A stretch of 64,000 bases of DNA, from contig CAZHJV010000001.1 in assembly GCA_964533525.1 (NCBI GenBank), forward strand, positions 13,928-77,927, read 5' to 3'. This document shows, in pieces, positions 1-9,094 of the stretch. Source of the DNA: an uncultured Methanomassiliicoccales archaeon. Its GTDB lineage: Archaea > Thermoplasmatota > Thermoplasmata > Methanomassiliicoccales > Methanomethylophilaceae. The position numbers were made by a program, and so were the translations under genes. How positions within the stretch are numbered: the stretch's first letter is position 1; every line of letters starts with the position of its first letter. The notes under the pieces are model-generated. The model was not told where the DNA came from, made no database searches, and saw only the letters and a program-made list of their open reading frames with translations.

Positions 1-1178
1 GGTCCGCGGGCGTGGATCTTTCCGGTGGACACACCCACCTCCGCGCCCTTCCCGAAACGGAAACCGTCGGCGAACCTGGTGGAGGCGTTGATGAACACAT
101 CGGCGGAGTCCACGCCCCTCACGAACTTCCTCTGGGTCTCCTCGTTCTCCGTGACGATGCAGTCGGTGTGGTGCGACCCGTGGGTGTTGATGAAATCCAT
201 GGCCTCCTCGGCGGAGTCCACCATCCTGATGGCGATGATGCGGGAATCGTACTCCGCGAACCAGTCGTCCTCGGAGGCATCCTTCACGTCGAAACCGAGG
301 AGATGTGCTTTACATCTCCCGTCGACTCTCATCTCCACCCCGTTGGCGGCGAACAGATCGGCCATGCGGGGAAGGAAGTACGCCGCGGCCTTGGAATGCA
401 CCAGCAGCTTCTCCGCAGCGTTGCAGACCGCGGGATACTGGATCTTGGAATCGAGGGCGACCCTGAGCGCCTTCTGCATGTCCGCCTCGGAATCCACGTA
501 AACGTGGCACACTCCCGCCGAATGACCCAGCACCGGAATTCTGGTGTTCTCCTGGATGTAGCGGACAAACCCGTAGGAGCCTCTCGGGATGAGGAGGTCG
601 ATGTACTCGTCGAGTTTCAGGATCTCCGCGATATCCTCCCTCGTCTCCATGAGGACGAAGGCCTTCCCGGGAACGCCCGCCGACACGGCGGCGTCCCTGA
701 GGATATCGAAGAGGGCCCTATTGGAACGTCTGGCCTCGGAACCGCCCTTGAAGGCGATGCTGTTCCCGCTCTTGAGGCACAGCGCCATGATCTGCGGGAC
801 CACATCGGGACGGGACTCGAAAATGACCCCGATCATGCCTATGGGGCACCTTATCTGATACAGTACGAGACCCTCGTCGAGCTCGGTGGCCGACATGGTC
901 TCCCCGATTGGGTCGGGGAGTTCCGCCACGCCCTTCAGACTCGCGACCATGTCCGAGATCTTGGAATCGGTGACCTTCAGCCTTGCGAGGATCTCGTCCG
1001 GCACGTTGCCTTCGGCCTCCTTCACGTCCTCCGCATTCGCCTCCAGGACCGCGGCGCGGTTGGCCTCCAGGGCGGCGGCCATGGCCGCAAGGGCCGAATT
1101 CCTGACATCCGCACCCAACGCGGCCATCTCCAGAGCCGCCTTCTTGGCATCCCTGATCTCGGATACTGTATCCGTCAT
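1..1178 (-). CDS. proA: gamma-glutamyl phosphate reductase (glutamate-5-semialdehyde dehydrogenase); 3' end runs off the left edge
   Basis: Absent from the ORF track because it is open to the window edge. My translation of the reverse strand from ATG at 1178-1176 gives MTDTVSEIRDAKKAALEMAALGADVRNSAL..IRCPIGMIGVIFESRPDVVPQI..LIPRGSYGFVRYIQE..AVCNAAEKLLVH..HGSHHTDCIVTE..NASTRFADGFRFG, the ProA/ALDH pattern. Confidence 0.9.
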   Translation of the reverse strand, partial: MTDTVSEIRDAKKAALEMAALGADVRNSALAAMAAALEANRAAVLEANAEDVKEAEGNVPDEILARLKVTDSKISDMVASLKGVAELPDPIGETMSATELDEGLVLYQIRCPIGMIGVIFESRPDVVPQIMALCLKSGNSIAFKGGSEARRSNRALFDILRDAAVSAGVPGKAFVLMETREDIAEILKLDEYIDLLIPRGSYGFVRYIQENTRIPVLGHSAGVCHVYVDSEADMQKALRVALDSKIQYPAVCNAAEKLLVHSKAAAYFLPRMADLFAANGVEMRVDGRCKAHLLGFDVKDASEDDWFAEYDSRIIAIRMVDSAEEAMDFINTHGSHHTDCIVTENEETQRKFVRGVDSADVFINASTRFADGFRFGKGAEVGVSTGKIHARG

Positions 1179-1256
1179 AGGTGCTCAATCGACCTTCATA
1201 ATTTAAATTTTAACAGGAAGAAACCGGAGAAAGCGCAGACGGAACACCGACTACGG

Positions 1257-1266
1257 AATATAAATA
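1257..1266 (+). promoter_or_regulatory. TATA-box candidate for tRNA-Ser
   Basis: AATATAAATA lies about 25-34 nt upstream of the tRNA 5' end at 1291, inside an AT-rich divergent spacer. A second AT block (TTTAAATT, about 1201-1215) is positioned for proA. Confidence 0.4.
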
Positions 1267-1290
1267 TTGGAAAACGGTTGGTGCGTGCAA

Positions 1291-1376
1291 GCCGAGATAG
1301 CCAAGCCCGGTATGGCGGTGGTCTCGAAAACCACTGGTCCTTGACCTCGGGAGTTCGAATCTCTCTCTCGGCGCCA
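1291..1376 (+). tRNA. tRNA-Ser (anticodon CGA), CCA encoded
   Basis: Acceptor GCCGAGA/TCTCGGC. Anticodon arm GGTGG-CTCGAAA-ACCAC gives anticodon CGA. It has a long variable arm, T-loop GTTCGAATC, discriminator G and CCA. Confidence 0.9.
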
Positions 1377-1482
1377 TCTTATTACCGCATCCTTCGCAGC
1401 CGTTCCCGCTTTCCGCAGCAGCGGAAGATTCCCGGCGGAGATACCTGTTTATCCCTGTTCCCTTATCTCTCCGGCGGTACCC

Positions 1483-1794
1483 ATGATAATAACCACGACG
1501 GAACACATCCCCGGAAAGGACTACGAGATAATCGGCATCGCCCAGGGAAACACCATCCAGACCAAGAACATCGGCCGCGACTTCACTCAGGGCCTCAGAT
1601 CTCTGGCCGGGGGAGAGCTGAAATCGTATGTGGACATGGTCTCGAAGGCCCGCATACTCGCCACCCAGAGGATGGTCGAGGATGCCGAGAGGCAGGGTGC
1701 CGATGCAATCGTCATGATGAGATACGCCTCCGCGGACGTGGCGGCGGGTGCGGCGGAGATCCTCGCATACGGGACCGCGGTCAGATTCGTCTGA
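1483..1794 (+). CDS. YbjQ/UPF0145 family protein (heavy-metal-binding-like domain)
   Basis: 103 aa, MIITTTEHIPGKDYEIIGIAQGN..GGELKSY..ARILATQRMVEDAERQGADAIVMMRY..AYGTAV. This matches the YbjQ_1 family pattern and size. Confidence 0.8.
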   Translation: MIITTTEHIPGKDYEIIGIAQGNTIQTKNIGRDFTQGLRSLAGGELKSYVDMVSKARILATQRMVEDAERQGADAIVMMRYASADVAAGAAEILAYGTAVRFV

Positions 1795-1830
1795 TCAAAC
1801 TTCTTCCACAGGATACGCAGAGGGCAGAAG

Positions 1831-2457
1831 ATGTCAAAAGAGGACCAGTACAGGAATCCGCAGGGAGACGAAGGACGCGAAGTCATCAAGGAGATGAACG
1901 AACACCACCGCGAGCTCACCGCATGGGGGCTCGAGAAGATCGGTTCGGTCGGAGATTTCAGTCCCAAGAAGATCCTGGACATCGGATGCGGAGGGGGGAA
2001 CTGCCTCCGCATGCTCGCCACACGCTACCCGAATGCGCACGCCGACGGCATAGACATCTCCGAAGACGCCGTGAAGATGACCCTCGAGCGCAACGCCGCG
2101 TACCACAGCTGGGGAAAGATAGACGCACAGGTCGCCGGCGTCTCCGACCTGCCCTTCCCGGAGAAGAGTTTCGGTCTCATCACCGCGATCGAAACGTACT
2201 TCTTCTGGCCCGACCTCGGGAAGGATGTGATGCATGCTGCATCCCGCCTGGAAGACGGAGGGGTGATGCTGATCGTCTCCGAACAGTATCCCGACGGGAA
2301 GAACGATGCGGCGCTGAAGGAATCCTGCGAAAAGTACCACATGAACATCGTCCCCAACGAGGAACTCTCCGGGATCATGGAGAAGGCGGGACTGAAGACC
2401 CAGACGTTCACCAATCCCGACAGGAACTGGGTGGCGTTCGTCGGCAGGAAATGCTGA
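1831..2457 (+). CDS. class I SAM-dependent methyltransferase
   Basis: SAM motif I ILDIGCGGGN, followed by GIDISEDAV and the post-I/II pattern FGLITAIETYFFWPD. 208 aa. Confidence 0.8.
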   Translation: MSKEDQYRNPQGDEGREVIKEMNEHHRELTAWGLEKIGSVGDFSPKKILDIGCGGGNCLRMLATRYPNAHADGIDISEDAVKMTLERNAAYHSWGKIDAQVAGVSDLPFPEKSFGLITAIETYFFWPDLGKDVMHAASRLEDGGVMLIVSEQYPDGKNDAALKESCEKYHMNIVPNEELSGIMEKAGLKTQTFTNPDRNWVAFVGRKC

Positions 2458-2494
2458 GCAAGGGTATATAAACAACCCAATTAGTCCGGCGGTC

Positions 2495-2872
2495 ATGGGA
2501 TTGTTCTCCAAGGACAGGGTCGAACTCGGAGACGGCGGACTGTCCGTCGAATCCGATTATTTCAGTTACGAGATTCCCTATTCGGAGATAAGGGACGTAC
2601 ATCTGAGAGACCCGTTCGACTTCGAGGTCGGCGATATGGTAGAAGGTTCCCGCAAAGTACTGAGCCAGTGCGGGAAATTCAGAAACAGGGAATACGGCCC
2701 TTACAGTCTTCTTTTCCATGTGACGTCCAAACTCTTCATCCTGCTGGATTTCGGGAAGGACGGCCACCTCGTATTCAACCTGAAAGACATGGAAGGCACG
2801 AAGAACTTCTACAGACGCCTCAAAAACATTGTGAAGACCTCCTCGCCCGAACCTATCCGCGATAGGCTCTAA
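2495..2872 (+). CDS. hypothetical protein (possible bacterial PH-like fold)
   Basis: 125-aa ORF with genome-typical codon bias and an ATG start. I recognise no motif. Confidence 0.55.
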   Translation: MGLFSKDRVELGDGGLSVESDYFSYEIPYSEIRDVHLRDPFDFEVGDMVEGSRKVLSQCGKFRNREYGPYSLLFHVTSKLFILLDFGKDGHLVFNLKDMEGTKNFYRRLKNIVKTSSPEPIRDRL

Positions 2873-2880
2873 TAGTATGG

Positions 2881-3576
2881 TTGGATGTAGCATCCAATAT
2901 GAGAACCGCTCAGGCCGAAGACTACGTGAATGCAATTCTAGCCATGGCAGACGGCGGCAACCACGACGCCCAGTGCAGTATCGGCATAATGTACCTGAAC
3001 GGAATTTCCGTGGACAAGGACGAGAAGAAAGGGATCGAATGGCTGAAGACGGCGGCGGAACACGGATCCGCGGAAGCTGCCAGCAAACTGGGGATCGCCC
3101 ACTACTGCGGCATCGGCACCCCTGTCGACTACGCCGAAGCCCTGAAATGGTTCCGCATTGCATCCGATATCGGACACGGCCCGTCCGATGTATATCTCGT
3201 GTGGATGTATGCCCGCGGCCAGGGGACCTCCAGAAACGCCGCGGAGGCACTGAACCACTATTTCCGTGCGATATCCTGCGCGGATGCCGGCGATGCGGCC
3301 ACCCAGGGACATCTGGGCCGCGTATATATGATGGACGACAACGTATTCGGAAAAGACTCCGTCAAAGCCGCGCATTACCTCAGGCTCGCCGCTTTGCAGG
3401 ACGATGCGGACTCCCAGTACGGTCTCGGTCTCATGTATGCGGACGGATTCGGCGTGGAACGCTCCATCCCGAAGGCCCGGATGTGGCTCGGAAGATCTCT
3501 CGCCAACGGCAAAACAGAAGCGTCCGAAGCTCTGGAAAAACTCTCCGAACGCAAAGTGCCTGCAGATGTTTTTTAA
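2881..3576 (+). CDS. Sel1-like (SLR/TPR-family) repeat protein
   Basis: Repeated ~36-aa units of the form A..WL/WF..AA..G...A...LG.MY..G.GV..D (GIMYLNGISVDKDEKKGIEWLKTAAEHGSAEA; LGLMYADGFGVERSIPKARMWL). The track start is TTG at 2881; the first ATG is at 2899. Confidence 0.8.
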   Translation: MDVASNMRTAQAEDYVNAILAMADGGNHDAQCSIGIMYLNGISVDKDEKKGIEWLKTAAEHGSAEAASKLGIAHYCGIGTPVDYAEALKWFRIASDIGHGPSDVYLVWMYARGQGTSRNAAEALNHYFRAISCADAGDAATQGHLGRVYMMDDNVFGKDSVKAAHYLRLAALQDDADSQYGLGLMYADGFGVERSIPKARMWLGRSLANGKTEASEALEKLSERKVPADVF

Positions 3577-4250
3577 AGCGACACCAGCACCCCGCCGCCG
3601 TACCTCCTGCAGGGGACCGAAGGGCCTCCGCGGAAAGGCATGACCCTGCGTATGGCATCACCCGACAGAAGATTGCCCCTGCATTCGGCCTCGCCGCAGT
3701 CATCGGGAGTCAGCAAAAGACTTTTCCCGTCCGCACTCACCCGGACGGAATAACGTCCGGTGCGGAATTCCGATGACATAAGGCCGTCGGGCGTATTCCT
3801 GACGGTCGGACACGTCTCCCTCTCGGACTGTTCATCGAGCTTTTCCGTCAGATCCTCTATCCTCCTCTCATAATCCTCCGCCGTCCTTTCGTAGACTTCC
3901 TTGGGGACAGCCTGCATCTCCGCAATCGCGGCGGCCACCTCGTCCCTGCATGTGTCCCAGAGGACCTCGGCAATCCCCTTCTTCTGATCCGTGCAGAGTT
4001 CCATGAAGAATGACGCGTCGATCTTCCTGATGGCCCTTGCGAAGTAATTCCCCATTCCGTAGGGATTCATCCTCAGGGAACAGAACCACATCTCTCCGGG
4101 GGAAATGACGTCTTCGCTCGCCCTGTCGCGGAGGACGACCGCTCCCTTGTGACGGCCGGAGACGTTTCCCTTCCGGTCGATGGCGAAGGAGACCGCGGCC
4201 ACCGTATCGAAATGTGCCAGATACGGATCCCGGGGCGGTTCGGACCTCAT
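3573..4250 (-). CDS. hypothetical protein; N-terminal TRAM-like barrel pattern, central coiled coil, C-terminal Cys-containing domain
   Basis: 225 aa. Its start overlaps the NYN gene stop by 4 nt (4247-4250). The N-terminus KGNVSGRHKGAVVLRDRASEDVISPGEMWFCSLRMNPYGMGNYFARAI resembles the TRAM pattern G.G..r..G.vv.v...pG....v.....nfAfA. Confidence 0.6.
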   Translation of the reverse strand: MRSEPPRDPYLAHFDTVAAVSFAIDRKGNVSGRHKGAVVLRDRASEDVISPGEMWFCSLRMNPYGMGNYFARAIRKIDASFFMELCTDQKKGIAEVLWDTCRDEVAAAIAEMQAVPKEVYERTAEDYERRIEDLTEKLDEQSERETCPTVRNTPDGLMSSEFRTGRYSVRVSADGKSLLLTPDDCGEAECRGNLLSGDAIRRVMPFRGGPSVPCRRYGGGVLVSL

Positions 4251-4810
4251 GCCTCCTCACCTGCCGGGTCCGCCTGCGTCCTGTGGGCAGGCATGATGAC
4301 GGGCAGGGAATCGAGCTCGCGGAACAGATCTCCCGCGCGGATCACGGACTGACTGACGGACGACCTGAAGGCCGCCACCTCCACCCTCTTCCCGGCGGAC
4401 TGTACATGTTCTATCGCAGGGATGAAGTCCCTGTCCCCGGAGACAATAAGGGCGGTGTCGAAGTGGTCCATGAGCGCATGGGTGACCATGTCGCAGGCCA
4501 GACATACGTCGACCTCCTTCTGGACGTTTCTGTTCGGATCGCACGATTCCCTCACGACAACTCTGAATCCCAAATACTCCAGTCTGTCGCGCAGCCGTTT
4601 CGAGGGATCCTCATACCCATAAGGCATCCTCGCGTCGTAAACATAGGCCGCCACGAGATTCCTGTTTCCGGCGAGTCCGTTCACCAGACCGCACAGGTCG
4701 ACGGTGGCGTTTCCGCCGTCGCCTACGGCATCGGAAGATCCGCTGAGCACATTGCGCAGGTCGATGAAAGCCATCAGCCTGTCTTTTCCGCATCCGGTAG
4801 TCAGAGACAT
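4247..4810 (-). CDS. NYN/LabA-like (PIN-like) nuclease domain protein
   Basis: FIDLRNV, DVCLACDMV and LIVSGDRDFIPAIEHVQSAGKRVEVAAF match the conserved Asp motifs of the NYN/DUF88 family. Confidence 0.8.
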   Translation of the reverse strand: MSLTTGCGKDRLMAFIDLRNVLSGSSDAVGDGGNATVDLCGLVNGLAGNRNLVAAYVYDARMPYGYEDPSKRLRDRLEYLGFRVVVRESCDPNRNVQKEVDVCLACDMVTHALMDHFDTALIVSGDRDFIPAIEHVQSAGKRVEVAAFRSSVSQSVIRAGDLFRELDSLPVIMPAHRTQADPAGEEA

Positions 4811-4861
4811 ACTCTGAAAGACCTACCGGATGCATATAAAGTGCAGATACTGCATGTAGTA

Positions 4862-6097
4862 TTACTGTTTCTCACGGGCCTCCGAAGGAAGATCGAAACC
4901 TTTCAGATCCATGCCGCGCTTTACGAACACCGCCCACAGGACGATGTAAATGACCGTCGACATGGCGATCAGCGCCGCGATTCCGAAGACGTAATCCTTC
5001 CACGGAAGAGTGGAAAGGATCATTCCCGCGCATCCGATCATGAAGAACACGAAGTTGGAGAGGGATGAGACCGCACCGCTGTCCCCGTCATGGCTCGCCA
5101 TAAGTATGCCGAGTCCCCACGGACGCACCGTCATGGTCGAGAACATGCAGATTGCGAAGCAGACGAAGAATGCGTACCATCCGACATCTCCGATGAGGAA
5201 CATGGAGATCGTACTCACGGCGCCGATGACCGGGAACAGCAGTACCTTGCGGCGGCTGGGGGTGTTCTTGGTGAGTTTGTTGATGATGATCATCGCCACC
5301 GTGCCGATTATCAGCGTTGCGGCGAGAAGAACGGAATAGATCGTCTGTCCCAGACCGAACATGTCTTCGTAAATGTAGGACGAGACAGAGAGATACGCCA
5401 TGAACGGCATATTGAACAGACACGTCATTATGGCGAATATCAGGAAAGGAGGGCTGCGGCAGAGCTTCTTCATACCGCTCATGCTCTCGCGGATGCCTCC
5501 GGTGATCCTCTCCTCCTTCGGAAGGGTCTCATCGAGCAGCAGGGACAGGATAAGACATATCAGGGACACGGCCGCGGGGGCGATGAAGGTGGATCTCCAT
5601 CCCCACGCCGCGATCATCCCGGATCCGATGATGGGTGCCAGAAGGGGCCCGAGAACCCCGACGATGGCCACTATGTTGAGGACTTTCAGACGGACGGTTC
5701 CCTGATAGCAGTCTTTCACGAATGCGACCGAAAGGGTCATCGCCGCTCCGGCACCGATGGCCTGCAGGACCCTCAGGAAGATCAGGGTCTCGACACTGTG
5801 CACGAATGCGCACAGAAGGGTCGTGACCGTGTATTCCGCAAGGGAGAGGATAAGGGGCATCCTCCTCCCGTACTTATCCGTAATCGGACCTAGGAGGAAG
5901 ATGGCGATGGCCATGGCGAACATGAATCCGTAGAGGACCATGTTCATGATCGCCGCTGTTGTTCCGAATTCCGTTACCATATCCGGAAGCGCGGGGAGGA
6001 ACATATCTGTCGATATGGGACCGAACGCTCCCAGCAGTATGACCAGGATCAGGAATGATCCCGAGTTCAGATGCCGCTGACCGTTCAATGCTGACAT
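4862..6097 (-). CDS. MFS transporter, Bcr/CflA drug-resistance subfamily
   Basis: 411 aa, about 12 TM segments. Family motifs GPISTDMFLPALPDM and GPITDKYGRRMPL (motif A). Confidence 0.9.
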   Translation of the reverse strand: MSALNGQRHLNSGSFLILVILLGAFGPISTDMFLPALPDMVTEFGTTAAIMNMVLYGFMFAMAIAIFLLGPITDKYGRRMPLILSLAEYTVTTLLCAFVHSVETLIFLRVLQAIGAGAAMTLSVAFVKDCYQGTVRLKVLNIVAIVGVLGPLLAPIIGSGMIAAWGWRSTFIAPAAVSLICLILSLLLDETLPKEERITGGIRESMSGMKKLCRSPPFLIFAIMTCLFNMPFMAYLSVSSYIYEDMFGLGQTIYSVLLAATLIIGTVAMIIINKLTKNTPSRRKVLLFPVIGAVSTISMFLIGDVGWYAFFVCFAICMFSTMTVRPWGLGILMASHDGDSGAVSSLSNFVFFMIGCAGMILSTLPWKDYVFGIAALIAMSTVIYIVLWAVFVKRGMDLKGFDLPSEAREKQ

Positions 6098-6146
6098 GCG
6101 GCGGGCGAAACTACACTTCTATAAAAAGATTTGTATTGTACCCCTT

Positions 6147-6584
6147 TCAGAACGCACGGAGCAGTGCGTCCATGACGTCTGCCAGATGCTCCAGTGCATC
6201 GTCCGCGTCTTTCATCGCATTGACTCTTCCGGGCGTGCCTGCCTCCATCGCCTCGGATGCATTGTGCTTCTCGAGATATGCGTCGTATGCGGCTATGCCC
6301 TTTCCGAGTTCGTCGGCCACGAATGCGTCCCCTGCCTCCCTGCAGGATTCCGCGCTCTTCCTCATGTCGCCGAAAGTCTTGTTGCACATACGGACGGCGG
6401 CTTCCCTCGAAGGGGTGCCCTCCTCGGTATCCAGCGCCTTTGCGACCGTGTTGCATGCGAGTGTCACCATCGTCGCCGCGGTGATCCTCACCACAGTGAA
6501 ATCCTTGGACATGACATGCTCTTTCTTTCCGTCATTCTCTCCCGACATACTGTCTCCTCCTGCCGTCATTTCCGAACAAGTCAA
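6147..6584 (-). CDS. hypothetical alpha-helical protein
   Basis: The TTG start at 6584 overlaps the upstream IMPase stop (TTGA). Alternative ATG starts lie at 6569, 6548 and 6512. No motif recognised. Confidence 0.5.
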   Translation of the reverse strand: MTCSEMTAGGDSMSGENDGKKEHVMSKDFTVVRITAATMVTLACNTVAKALDTEEGTPSREAAVRMCNKTFGDMRKSAESCREAGDAFVADELGKGIAAYDAYLEKHNASEAMEAGTPGRVNAMKDADDALEHLADVMDALLRAF

Positions 6585-7390
6585 TAAGACTGCCGTCCGA
6601 GGTCTATCCCCGAAAGGACCTTCTCCCTGTAGGCTTCAGCCTCCTCCTCCGTACCCGCGAGCAGGAGGAACTTCGTCTTCTCCAGGATCTCTTCGTCCAC
6701 ATAGGCGCCCGCGACACGAGCCATGAACAGCCCCGGCATGAAGTCCCAGATCTTGTTCACGAAACGGATGTGTATGTCCGTCCTTCCCGATGCGATGTAT
6801 GCGAAATCGACGCAGGCGGCACCGAACATCCTGATACGCGCCACCTCGTCCTTCATGGCGCCGATGATCTCATAGTGCAGATCCCTCCACACCTGTTTCT
6901 TTCTGGAGAAATCCCCTGTCGACACGATGGCCTTCTTCAGGTCGGTGTTCCCGCGGGGATGCACAGGGACTCCGTTGAGTTTCACTCCTCCGGCCTCGGT
7001 CGCCGTGAACATCTCGCCGCGGACGGGCAGATATATGACGGACATGACGGGCTTCCGATCCACCATCAGGACGATCTGCGTCCCGAACATCGGGATGCCG
7101 TGTTCGAAGTTCAGAGTGCCGTCGATGGGATCGATAGCCCAAGTCCTGGCACATGTGAGGGAATTCTCCTGCCCCTCTTCCGCGATGAAGAGATCTCCCG
7201 GGAACTGCGCCGATATCGCATCGATTATGCTCTTCTGCGCGGCCTCGTCCGAGACGGTGACGAGGTCGTAGGAACCGACGGCGTTGGTCTTCTCTTCGGA
7301 CGGTCCCGCCTCGGAACCGACGTACATGTCGCCCGCGGCGCGGACCGCAGAGACCGCCGCCTCCAATTCACGGGAATACGGATCTTCCAT
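6581..7390 (-). CDS. inositol monophosphatase / fructose-1,6-bisphosphatase family protein (paralog 1)
   Basis: Metal-binding motifs IAEEG and WAIDPIDGTLNF, plus the C-terminal WDFMPG motif. 269 aa. Confidence 0.9.
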   Translation of the reverse strand: MEDPYSRELEAAVSAVRAAGDMYVGSEAGPSEEKTNAVGSYDLVTVSDEAAQKSIIDAISAQFPGDLFIAEEGQENSLTCARTWAIDPIDGTLNFEHGIPMFGTQIVLMVDRKPVMSVIYLPVRGEMFTATEAGGVKLNGVPVHPRGNTDLKKAIVSTGDFSRKKQVWRDLHYEIIGAMKDEVARIRMFGAACVDFAYIASGRTDIHIRFVNKIWDFMPGLFMARVAGAYVDEEILEKTKFLLLAGTEEEAEAYREKVLSGIDLGRQSY

Positions 7391-7423
7391 GACCCAGACA
7401 AGAAAAAACGGACATATACGTTT

Positions 7424-8092
7424 TCAGGCGAAGGGGATGATCCTGCGGAACACGGCGGTCGCACGGACCTCCGGAAACTCCTCCCCCGAGCCGTCCCCGG
7501 CGAAATACCAATGTCCGTACCCGATCCTCCTCAGAACGGATTCCAGGACCTCCGCGGACTGCGGAACGTCCGATCCGGACGCATACCGTTTCCATGATCT
7601 GGGACAGTCGCAGGTCAGCACAATATCCGCCTTCCCGCCGGCCTTCCGTACGTTGCCGCAGGCAGTATCCGCATCCTCCTGCGACGGATCCTGTTCCGGC
7701 CACCAATCCCAGTATCTGCCGGCGTCCGTACGGCCGGGAACGGTCTTCCCGCCCATCGTCAGCACCGTCTTCCCGCCGAGTCTGAAGACCTGCCCGCGGG
7801 TGAGATGGATCAGCCCTCTGGATACCGTGTGGACGGTGCCCCCGTTCCACGGGAACGGCGGATAATCGCCTATGAGGTCGTAATCGTCGCCGGGGCCGTC
7901 GAGGAAAAGAACGGAACAGGGAAGGGACCTGTATTCCTCCGCGATACGGCGCAGGTCGGCGCGGGGCGCGAACACCCCGCTGTCCCCGAGTATGACCAGA
8001 AAATCGTTCTTGGACATGGATGCGACGGCCGGATCGGACTCCAAACCCGAAAGACCCAGAGGTCCGGAGAACCCGGCCGCCGCCGCGAACAT
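7424..8092 (-). CDS. metallophosphoesterase-like protein, degenerate (lacks N-terminal DxH; GNHD-equivalent reads GPGDD)
   Basis: ILGDSG (GD motif), FLDGPGDDYD in place of GNH[DE], IVLTCDCP in place of the His motif, GYGHWYF (GH.H-like). An in-frame stop lies about 60 nt upstream of the ATG, so no longer N-terminus is possible. Confidence 0.55.
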   Translation of the reverse strand: MFAAAAGFSGPLGLSGLESDPAVASMSKNDFLVILGDSGVFAPRADLRRIAEEYRSLPCSVLFLDGPGDDYDLIGDYPPFPWNGGTVHTVSRGLIHLTRGQVFRLGGKTVLTMGGKTVPGRTDAGRYWDWWPEQDPSQEDADTACGNVRKAGGKADIVLTCDCPRSWKRYASGSDVPQSAEVLESVLRRIGYGHWYFAGDGSGEEFPEVRATAVFRRIIPFA

Positions 8093-8093
8093 T

Positions 8094-9047
8094 TCAATGC
8101 TTCCCGTCGATCTCCCTGTATTCGGAGGACTTCTTCTCCCTGCGGGTCGATATCATGGATGCGACGATCGTCACCGCGAGGACCGTGATTATGAAGGCGA
8201 GGGATACGACGACCGAGACCTCGCAGATATCCGCAGCGGTCAGGAACATCTTCGCACCGATGAACGCGAGGATGACCCCGAGTCCGTACTTGAGGAACTT
8301 GAGCGACCCGATGACGTCCTTTATGACGAAATAGAGGGACCTGAGCCCCATGACGGCGAAGATGTTCGACGTGTAGACGATGAATATGTCCGTGGAGATG
8401 GCGAGCGCCGCCGGAATCGAATCGAACGCGAACATCAGGTCGGAGAGTTCGATGACTATCAGGCAGAGGAACATCGGGGTCGCCAGACGCTTCCCGTTCT
8501 CCCTTATGAAGAACTTGGCCCCGTGGAGTTCGGGCGTCGAATTTATGCGCCTGCTGAGACGGTACGGAAGAGTCTCCTCCGGAGGCTTGTCCCCGCTCTT
8601 GGAGAGAGCGGTCTTGTAAGCGGTGTAAATGAGTATGGCGCCGAACACGTACATCATCCAGTCGAAGGCATGGAGCAGTTCCGCACCCGCCGCGATGAAC
8701 GCCGCGCGGAAGAAGATGGCACCCATTATGCCCCAGAACAGGACCCTGTGCTGATCCTCGCTCGGAATCAGGAACGCCGCGAAGATGATGATGAAGACGA
8801 ACAGGTTGTCCACCGACATGGACAACTCTATCACATATGCGGCATAGTAGGAGACGGCCAGATCCGAACCCAGTTCGAAGAAGACCAGCAGGCCGAACGC
8901 AAGGGCCACGGCTATGTATACAACCACCATCTTGGCGGCCTTACGCGTATCGATGGTCTTCGCATCCTTGTCCACGACCGCCAGGTCTATGATCATGATC
9001 GCAAGGAAAACGGCCGCGAAGATGATCCAGAGGAAGGACTCGCTCAT
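8094..9047 (-). CDS. TerC/Alx family integral membrane protein
   Basis: YVIELSMSVDNLFVF and FAFDSIPAALAIS are the two TerC signature DN/DS motifs. 317 aa, multi-TM. Confidence 0.9.
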   Translation of the reverse strand: MSESFLWIIFAAVFLAIMIIDLAVVDKDAKTIDTRKAAKMVVVYIAVALAFGLLVFFELGSDLAVSYYAAYVIELSMSVDNLFVFIIIFAAFLIPSEDQHRVLFWGIMGAIFFRAAFIAAGAELLHAFDWMMYVFGAILIYTAYKTALSKSGDKPPEETLPYRLSRRINSTPELHGAKFFIRENGKRLATPMFLCLIVIELSDLMFAFDSIPAALAISTDIFIVYTSNIFAVMGLRSLYFVIKDVIGSLKFLKYGLGVILAFIGAKMFLTAADICEVSVVVSLAFIITVLAVTIVASMISTRREKKSSEYREIDGKH

Positions 9048-9094
9048 GGTTTTCCAGATATACAGGACGGTTATAAATCATAAGGTCCGGCGCT

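Noticed and set aside
12-2471. 819-aa plus-strand ORF spanning the first 2.4 kb
   Set aside because: It runs antisense through proA, straight across a tRNA-Ser gene, and out of frame through two well-supported plus-strand genes. It has an Arg/Gly/His/Pro-rich low-complexity translation. It is a GC-driven open frame, not a gene.
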